IMG/VR virus record: IMGVR_UViG_3300032237_000972
Span: 1 to 43,224 of that record
Length of the DNA: 43,224 bases
Reading direction: 5' to 3' (one strand)
DNA from: a virus
Taxonomy: Duplodnaviria; Caudoviricetes
Each line of letters starts with the position of its first letter. Within the stretch, counting starts at the first letter, position 1. The notes under the pieces are model-generated. The model did no database searches. It was given only the letters and a program-made list of their open reading frames with translations, and was not told where the DNA came from. The translations under genes and the position numbers were made by a program. Positions 37,176 to 43,224 of the stretch are shown here, one piece after another.

Positions 37176-38136
37176 ATTTACACTGCTCACAAGTCCTGGT
37201 TCGACATACCTGTATTTGACCTTGCCCTGGGTACAACCGCATTACCAGGATTATTTTGATATAGAACCATACTATGCGGATAAAACCTACAATACACAAG
37301 ATTCAGCTATCTTGGTTGATTATACAGAACAACTAGAACGACCCCAGTGGATGCAGCAACGGCAAGCCGAGGGCTATCGTGTTGCGGTAGAACACCTGGG
37401 CGACAGTGATGTCGAACGTACCAGCACAGTAGACCAGGGTGTTTTAACCCTGCGTTGCCCAAACTGGATGTGGTATAATGCAGCGTGGGAATGGCAATGG
37501 TACGGCTTTGATCGGTATCAGCCCAGTAGAGCGTACCAGTCGGCGTTTCTGTTACAGATGAATTTACAACGCTGGCACAGAGATCGAATCGTTGAAGATT
37601 TACAGCCCCTACTTGCCGAAGCCTTGTACAGCTATTGTGCTCGGGGTCGAGAGTTACCGGGTAAGCCACCACCACACATACCTTGGCGCGGATACATGAA
37701 CCCTGAATGGTACAACTCAACTCCTTACAGTGTGGTAGCAGAAAGCTACATGCGCTCAACCAAGATAAATTTGGGACTAACTTATAGAACAGAAGTAAGT
37801 GAAAAGATCTTCAAACCCATGCTGGGGCAACAGCCTTTTATAGTTTATGGCAGCGTTGACACACTTAGATATCTCAAACGCGAAGGCTTTGTGACATACG
37901 ATAACTTGTGGAACGAAGAGTACGATGGTACCTTGGATAATCGAGCAAGATTTGACCAGGTCACTGGTGTGGTACAGCAAGCAGTTAAAGAACACAACTA
38001 TCGAACATTCCACATAGACGCAGAAACTCAACGCAGAATTGATCACAATCACGCACAACTGTTTGATCATACCTTAGTTAAACAACGCTTCCAGGCAGAA
38101 GTTGTAGGAGATATTGTTGGGTGGTTCAACCAATGA
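37168..38136 (+). CDS. Putative glycosyltransferase-like protein 2 (paralog of 31603-32748)
   Basis: FLLQMNLQRWHR, YSVVAES, VSEKIFKPMLGQQPFIV, EGFVTYDNLWNEEYD. Start is 37168 or 37156. Confidence 0.55.
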   Translation: MAKFTLLTSPGSTYLYLTLPWVQPHYQDYFDIEPYYADKTYNTQDSAILVDYTEQLERPQWMQQRQAEGYRVAVEHLGDSDVERTSTVDQGVLTLRCPNWMWYNAAWEWQWYGFDRYQPSRAYQSAFLLQMNLQRWHRDRIVEDLQPLLAEALYSYCARGRELPGKPPPHIPWRGYMNPEWYNSTPYSVVAESYMRSTKINLGLTYRTEVSEKIFKPMLGQQPFIVYGSVDTLRYLKREGFVTYDNLWNEEYDGTLDNRARFDQVTGVVQQAVKEHNYRTFHIDAETQRRIDHNHAQLFDHTLVKQRFQAEVVGDIVGWFNQ

Positions 38137-38789
38137 AACAGGTGTACGTATGCGGCGATAGTTTTAGTACACCCGATCCGGAATACGGTACTGTGTGGGT
38201 GGACTTATTACAACATAAACTAGGTGCAGATTACTCGATAGTTAACAACAGTAGTGTGGCGGCCAGCAATTTACTAGTGGCTGTACAAGTGGATAATGCT
38301 ATTAAAAATCATGCAGACTTTGTCATAGTCTTGGCCACTGCTTGTACACGCAGCGAAGCCCTGGTTCAACCTGCAACTGATCAAGCCCTAATGACTAGAT
38401 TTAATCAACACGAACTGGTCAGCTACAGTGTATATAGACCTTATAGATCGCATTTAACTGCTAGAGATCAAGAAGCAATATCGGATTTTCATCGCCGCTA
38501 CACAGACTTAGAGTTAAATATCTTTAGAGATCATTGCATCTTGTTGGGTATCTTAACAAGACTACAACAGGCCGGTATTCCGTTTTTGTTTGATCAGGGT
38601 GGATTTGAGCACCCTCGATTTGGTGGCCAGGCGGGATACTTTGACGAGTTTGCAGCACAGCGCAGTGCTCTTAATGTATGGGACTACGGTACAACACAAG
38701 ATGAACGCCCGTACTACCACATCAAAGAGGCTACAACACATGTCAGAATATCAGACTACTATTATACAGAAATAACACAACGCATATGA
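38133..38789 (+). CDS. SGNH hydrolase-like protein 3
   Basis: VYVCGDSFS, AASN, late PYYH; ATGA overlaps at both ends. Confidence 0.65.
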   Translation: MKQVYVCGDSFSTPDPEYGTVWVDLLQHKLGADYSIVNNSSVAASNLLVAVQVDNAIKNHADFVIVLATACTRSEALVQPATDQALMTRFNQHELVSYSVYRPYRSHLTARDQEAISDFHRRYTDLELNIFRDHCILLGILTRLQQAGIPFLFDQGGFEHPRFGGQAGYFDEFAAQRSALNVWDYGTTQDERPYYHIKEATTHVRISDYYYTEITQRI

Positions 38790-40075
38790 ACGACAAGTTA
38801 TGTCTAGCACCCTGGACACATACATATCTAAGTCCACAAACAGAACGGCGCTTGTGCTGTGCCAGCAGAGAACCTGCCACCAGCTTTCGACAGTATATAG
38901 ATACAGAAGCAGGTACCGGCACATACATGCCTGTTGCTTTAGAAGCGCACTGGAACTCGGAACGTATGCGAGCGGTACGACTACAAATGTTAGCAGGAGA
39001 AGCTCCGCCCGAGTGTGAAGTATGCAACAATAAACTGCTCAACACCGACGTGTATCGTGACTACTTTAACCAGATGTTTGGACATCGACGTGACGAACTC
39101 TTGTCAAGTACACAAGCAGATGGTAGTACCAATATACTGCCTGTATCGTGGGACTATCGCTTCACGAACCTATGTAACTTTAAATGCCGTATGTGTGGTG
39201 ATATGCTGAGTAGTTCGTGGGAGTCAGAACAACGAGTAAACAACATGGTCAACTGGACTGATCCTAAGAACGGGTGGATGGTGCCCGAAGTACGTGAACA
39301 AATAACCCGTTTCCAAGACACGCAAATTGAACAAGAGTTCTCAGACGCTGTAGAACAACACAGAGTGGAAGAAGTGTACTGGGTCGGAGGAGAACCGCTC
39401 ATGTACGAACAGCACTGGCGCTACATGCAGCGCATAATAGAACTAGGAGACGGACCCAGAGTATATGCTAGATACAACACTAACCTTAGTAGGATTAGGT
39501 ACCGCGGCATTCACCTTTTTGATGATATACTTGGCGGCATTAGAGATTGGCAGGTATGCGCCAGTCTTGACGGAACCGGAAGAATTGGAGAATACATCCG
39601 TACAGGACTCAACTATGCAGAATGGCTTGACAACTTTAGAGAAGGATTGAAGTCGGCTAAGAACCGTAGACAAATGCGTATAGACTTTACACTTACACTA
39701 CCGGGCCTGTTTGAAGTACAGAATATACAACGCTTGGCCGAAGAACTCAATGTAGACATCTTGGCCAAGGTCATATTCAGTTTTAGCCCAGATATCTTAC
39801 TAAGCCCGCTAGCACTACCTAGGCCGATCTTAGATCGTAAGATAGCAGAAGTAATACCCGGCACAACCGGCGCCCTACGTGATGTGCTTAATCAGCTAGG
39901 TACCAGGCCCACGTTTACTGAACAATGGCCTCACGGCGAAGCCGCAGCCGCCGGACTGGTTCAAGGTAAACAGCGTATTTTAGAACTAGAACGCATACGT
40001 GGTGATACATATACACTAGCCGACATATTACACGAGGATCCAGAAATATATGAGTGGTACCACGCAATTGCTTGA
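38786..40075 (+). CDS. Radical SAM enzyme 5 with N-terminal Twitch/SPASM-like domain
   Basis: CNFKCRMC, VGGEPL, YNTN; CLAPW..LCC..CEVC. Confidence 0.9.
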   Translation: MNDKLCLAPWTHTYLSPQTERRLCCASREPATSFRQYIDTEAGTGTYMPVALEAHWNSERMRAVRLQMLAGEAPPECEVCNNKLLNTDVYRDYFNQMFGHRRDELLSSTQADGSTNILPVSWDYRFTNLCNFKCRMCGDMLSSSWESEQRVNNMVNWTDPKNGWMVPEVREQITRFQDTQIEQEFSDAVEQHRVEEVYWVGGEPLMYEQHWRYMQRIIELGDGPRVYARYNTNLSRIRYRGIHLFDDILGGIRDWQVCASLDGTGRIGEYIRTGLNYAEWLDNFREGLKSAKNRRQMRIDFTLTLPGLFEVQNIQRLAEELNVDILAKVIFSFSPDILLSPLALPRPILDRKIAEVIPGTTGALRDVLNQLGTRPTFTEQWPHGEAAAAGLVQGKQRILELERIRGDTYTLADILHEDPEIYEWYHAIA

Positions 40076-41114
40076 TAACATTGTTATCACACTACGGAAT
40101 GACAGCACCGGCGACTGTATGCCGGTGTACATCGACGTGATGGATAACACCTTGAGCCGTAGATGGTTAGCGGCCCTAAACGCAATACTGCATAACAATC
40201 TACACCTGGAAAAGAACTACTGCTGGATGGGTTGGACTGAATCACCGCGCACAGGACCTTACTTGCTGGAGCAAGTTAACCTGACTATTCAAGCCATTAA
40301 TCGTGCTGATATAGGTTACCACATAGATGATTGGTTTAGCTACCATGGATGCATGGACACTGAACACAACATACAACATGACAGGTTTAATCAGCTGCAT
40401 CGTTACTTTGAAGACCTACAGGGTACTAGTGGGTCTATGAGTGAATACTGGACCGCTGCGGACGACGCTACACGCTGGCATATACGTCAGCTTAATTTGT
40501 TGTGTCATGAGTTTGAATCATGGGCCTTGGCCTGGCGTAAGTTGCACACAGCACCCGAATGGCAGCGCCCTAGTCAGCTCATGTGTTGGCTCGGCGCACC
40601 ACGCTTTGAACTTGATGTAGAAGACTTGGAGCTGTTTGGCATAGAAACCATTAACCGTAGCTTGGGTGGAGTGTATGTGGGTGTTAACAAGGCCATAGGC
40701 AAACACCATTGGGAAGTGTTCTCGGACGAGGGCGGTGACAGCAGACTAGCTGAACTAACAACTACAACCTTGCGTACACAAACCGAAGCAGCCGGAGACT
40801 TTGACATAGAGTGGGCTAGAGATCCTGGTGCATATGAGTGGCAACGTCGGAAACTGGCAGAGTTCCGCACATGGTTAATTCGCAACGGTTTTGACCCGGC
40901 TGATCCCGCACTCACCATAGGACACCCTAGGGTAGCACAGGTGGACCTGATGAGAACATTTGGCACAGAAGATTACCGTTACATATGGAGCCGGTTAAAT
41001 ACTCACCTAAACGTGGTTGCTGTAGCAACTAGTCATGCCCGAGCAGAATACCCTTACTCGTGGCAGGATGCAGACTACATGCAACAACAAATACAATCAC
41101 TTAAAAAAGGATAA
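40050..41114 (+). CDS. Hypothetical protein (His/Trp-rich, possibly metal-binding)
   Basis: 354-aa ORF in the operon; NQLHRYFE and NLLCHEFE helical HxxE motifs. Start may be TTG 40068. Confidence 0.65.
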   Translation: MSGTTQLLDNIVITLRNDSTGDCMPVYIDVMDNTLSRRWLAALNAILHNNLHLEKNYCWMGWTESPRTGPYLLEQVNLTIQAINRADIGYHIDDWFSYHGCMDTEHNIQHDRFNQLHRYFEDLQGTSGSMSEYWTAADDATRWHIRQLNLLCHEFESWALAWRKLHTAPEWQRPSQLMCWLGAPRFELDVEDLELFGIETINRSLGGVYVGVNKAIGKHHWEVFSDEGGDSRLAELTTTTLRTQTEAAGDFDIEWARDPGAYEWQRRKLAEFRTWLIRNGFDPADPALTIGHPRVAQVDLMRTFGTEDYRYIWSRLNTHLNVVAVATSHARAEYPYSWQDADYMQQQIQSLKKG

Positions 41115-41118
41115 TAAC

Positions 41119-41220
41119 ATGAAATGGATTCGTAACTTAATCAATCGTGTACGCTTGGAAATACGCTATCGTAAGAAGCTCAAAGAACTACGCAAGCGAG
41201 ACCCATTTATATACAAATGA
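41119..41220 (+). CDS. 33-aa basic peptide ending DPFIYK
   Basis: AAGGA SD at 41107-41111, ATG 41119, ATGA overlap with the carbamoyltransferase; MKWIRNLINRVRLEIRYRKKLKELRKRDPFIYK. Confidence 0.75.
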   Translation: MKWIRNLINRVRLEIRYRKKLKELRKRDPFIYK

Positions 41221-42707
41221 AGTTACCGTATACGTTAGGTATCAGTGGCGGGTATCATGATGCGGCTGCTACTGTAATAGACTGTCAAGGTAACATAGCA
41301 TTTGCCGGGCATTCAGAACGCTATAGCAAACTGAAGAACGATGCTAATCTAAGTGATGGCTTAATAAGCGAACTGTGTGACTATGAGTTTGATACCATAG
41401 CATACTATGAGCGGCCTTGGCTACACAACCTACAGCAACTATATTCAGGACAACGTCCTACTGGAGCTTGGACCACAGGTGGTGCCATTAGACAACAGCT
41501 AGGCGCTTGGTATAGTCGTCCTGCCGGTAGAGAACTAGCATATGGCCATCACTTGAGCCATGCTGCTGCAGGGTTCCAAACCAGTCCATTTGATAGGGCT
41601 ACAGTGGTTGTTATAGATGCAGTAGGTGAGTTTGATACAGTAACTATATGGGCGGCAGAATATGATAGAACAGGTACGGCAACTTATAAGCGGTTATGGA
41701 GCCAACACTACCCACACAGCATAGGTCTGTTCTACAGTGCGGTAACAGCCCGCTTAGGACTTAGACCCTTAGATGAAGAATACATCACCATGGGCATGGC
41801 TGCCTACGGTAGCACTATGTCCAGTGTGTTAATGCACAGCGAACTTGTAGCGAGTGTACGTGATGTACGCTTCAAGCAGAACCTACATGCTGGTCTAGAT
41901 GACCGGGCTTTTAACGGCTACACTGACGCAGACATTGCAGCAGGAGCACAAAGAATAGCAGAAGAATTGATATATAGTGTAATGCAACGTGCCAGAGCGT
42001 TTGGCTGGAGTAGCAACTTGGTATACCAGGGCGGTGTTGCCCTGAACTGTTTGGCCAATCGTAACTTAGGTGAATATTTTGAAAACATTTGGATCATGCC
42101 TTGCCCTGGCGACGCTGGTAGTAGTCTTGGTGCTGCTGCCCTTGCGTACGGTCAACGTGTTAATTGGACCAACGCTTACCTGGGTAGAAACATACCCGGT
42201 GAGTATCCCGTCCATGCCCTTGTCGATCGTTTGGTTCACGATCGAATCGTTGGAGTTGCTTCCGGTCGTGCTGAATTTGGGCCTAGAGCCTTGGGCAACA
42301 GAAGCCTCCTCGCCGACCCTAGAGGACCAGATATAAAGGATCAAGTAAATGCGATCAAACGTAGACAACAATTCAGACCATTTGCGCCGGTCATTCTGGA
42401 GGAGTATGTTGACGACTATTTTGACATGCCTGGTGGTTTCGTTACTAGTAGGTATATGCAAGTCGTCGGTCGTTGCCGGAATCCTGATGTATATCCTGCT
42501 ATCCATCACTATGACGGCACTAGTAGGATACAGACAGTGGCTCGTGATAACTCGGGCATTAGGCGACTCTTAGAAGCCTGGTATCGAGCAACAGGTTGCC
42601 CTATGCTGCTTAACACTAGCTTGAATATACGTGGAGAACCCATGGTCAACGACAGAACAGATGCCGATCGTTTTGAACAGCTATACGGTGTCCGGGTCTG
42701 TAGTTAA
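41217..42707 (+). CDS. O-carbamoyltransferase, NodU/CmcH/TobZ family
   Basis: LGISGGYHDAAA, ERYS..K, HHLSHAA, VIDAVGE, MGMAAYG, GGVALNC, PGDAGSSLGAA, EFGPRALGNRSLLADP, FRPFAP, DGTSRIQTV, LLNTSLN..GEP. Confidence 0.95.
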   Translation: MKLPYTLGISGGYHDAAATVIDCQGNIAFAGHSERYSKLKNDANLSDGLISELCDYEFDTIAYYERPWLHNLQQLYSGQRPTGAWTTGGAIRQQLGAWYSRPAGRELAYGHHLSHAAAGFQTSPFDRATVVVIDAVGEFDTVTIWAAEYDRTGTATYKRLWSQHYPHSIGLFYSAVTARLGLRPLDEEYITMGMAAYGSTMSSVLMHSELVASVRDVRFKQNLHAGLDDRAFNGYTDADIAAGAQRIAEELIYSVMQRARAFGWSSNLVYQGGVALNCLANRNLGEYFENIWIMPCPGDAGSSLGAAALAYGQRVNWTNAYLGRNIPGEYPVHALVDRLVHDRIVGVASGRAEFGPRALGNRSLLADPRGPDIKDQVNAIKRRQQFRPFAPVILEEYVDDYFDMPGGFVTSRYMQVVGRCRNPDVYPAIHHYDGTSRIQTVARDNSGIRRLLEAWYRATGCPMLLNTSLNIRGEPMVNDRTDADRFEQLYGVRVCS

Positions 42708-43224
42708 TGGCTCAGTTTACCCCAGTTGATGATCGCGGTCGCTTATGGTCGGTTCAAGACCTATTACCCGCAGAACTACTAGCGGATGTACTCAGCACAC
42801 CTTGGATGGATCTAGCATGGAGTCCTGGTGGCGGACAAGAAACCTGGGCACGTAGGCAAATAGCGTGGGACGATGCTCGAGCACAACACCTGGGCAGTTA
42901 TATCTCTGCACAATTACCTGAAATCAACAGTGCGTTAGGTACTGAGTTTACACAGTCAGGAGGGCACTGGTGGGTAGATCAACCGGGCTTTACTGTGGCC
43001 CTACACACAGACGGACATGTGCCCAACGCCATGCAGATCTATTGGTGTGTACCGGGGCCAGAATGGGGTACAGGATTTTATCGTTACAAGCGTCAGGACT
43101 CTTTAATGTATCAAAGCGTGAGTAGGCCCAACACAGGCTACATCATGCTTAATCATCTGGAAGACAACGGTAGTCAACCCTTGATATGGCATGCCATGCT
43201 AAACCCTGTACCAGAGGGCACAAT
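42707..43224 (+). CDS. 2OG-Fe(II) oxygenase-like protein, 3'-truncated, not in the ORF track
   Basis: TAATG overlap; open to the window end: MAQFTPVDDRGRLW...WWVDQPGFTVALHTDG..MQIYW..GTGFY..PNTGYIMLN..WHAM, giving an HxD...H facial triad. Confidence 0.7.
   Translation, partial: MAQFTPVDDRGRLWSVQDLLPAELLADVLSTPWMDLAWSPGGGQETWARRQIAWDDARAQHLGSYISAQLPEINSALGTEFTQSGGHWWVDQPGFTVALHTDGHVPNAMQIYWCVPGPEWGTGFYRYKRQDSLMYQSVSRPNTGYIMLNHLEDNGSQPLIWHAMLNPVPEGT

Noticed and set aside
161-42573. Numerous short minus-strand and alternative-frame ORFs in the track (e.g. 1113-1514, 26130-26534, 28949-29419, 42066-42509)
   Set aside because: All lie within or across longer plus-strand genes with recognisable motifs, have no motifs of their own, and are the expected shadows of biased codon use.
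1-43224. Stop-codon reassignment, as in some jumbo phages
   Set aside because: TAA, TAG (5056, 23386) and TGA all end genes cleanly, and coding density is near complete under the standard code.
1-43224. CRISPR array, tRNA/rRNA, IS element, intron/intein, DGR
   Set aside because: No intergenic gap above ~70 nt, no repeat-spacer pattern, and no transposase, reverse transcriptase, homing endonuclease or intein motifs noticed by eye.
26586-43224. Classical RiPP cluster (rSAM-SPASM plus precursor peptide)
   Set aside because: No Cys-rich or leader/core precursor, RRE/PqqD domain, peptidase or exporter is visible, and GT/SGNH genes point to glycan-type chemistry. Not fully excluded, since the operon runs off the window.

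Overview
The window is an entirely plus-strand, gene-dense segment of a large T4-like myovirus (jumbo-phage type) genome in two parts. (1) ~1-26514 is a baseplate/tail module: a 5'-truncated hub-like protein, a gp5/VgrG-like spike, a Gly/Ala/Ser-rich protein with 11-aa repeats, gp25- and gp6-like wedge proteins, a 4817-aa mosaic virion protein, an unlisted 46-aa microprotein, a conserved structural protein, a tail fibre with a C-terminal chaperone-like domain and a very Thr-rich virion protein. Several genes are preceded by a TAAATA late-promoter-like motif. (2) After a GNRA-loop hairpin that overlaps a near-consensus sigma70 promoter, ~26586->43224 is one tightly overlapped run of at least 19 genes: three GT-A-like glycosyltransferases, five radical SAM enzymes with N-terminal Cys-rich (Twitch/SPASM-like) domains, three SGNH-like proteins, two GT10-like proteins, a 33-aa basic peptide, a NodU/CmcH carbamoyltransferase and a truncated 2OG-Fe(II) oxygenase. 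This looks like a phage-encoded tailoring pathway for an unknown substrate (virion/tail-fibre glycan, DNA base or host surface) and is the most interesting system here. All family calls come from motifs read by eye; no database search was run.
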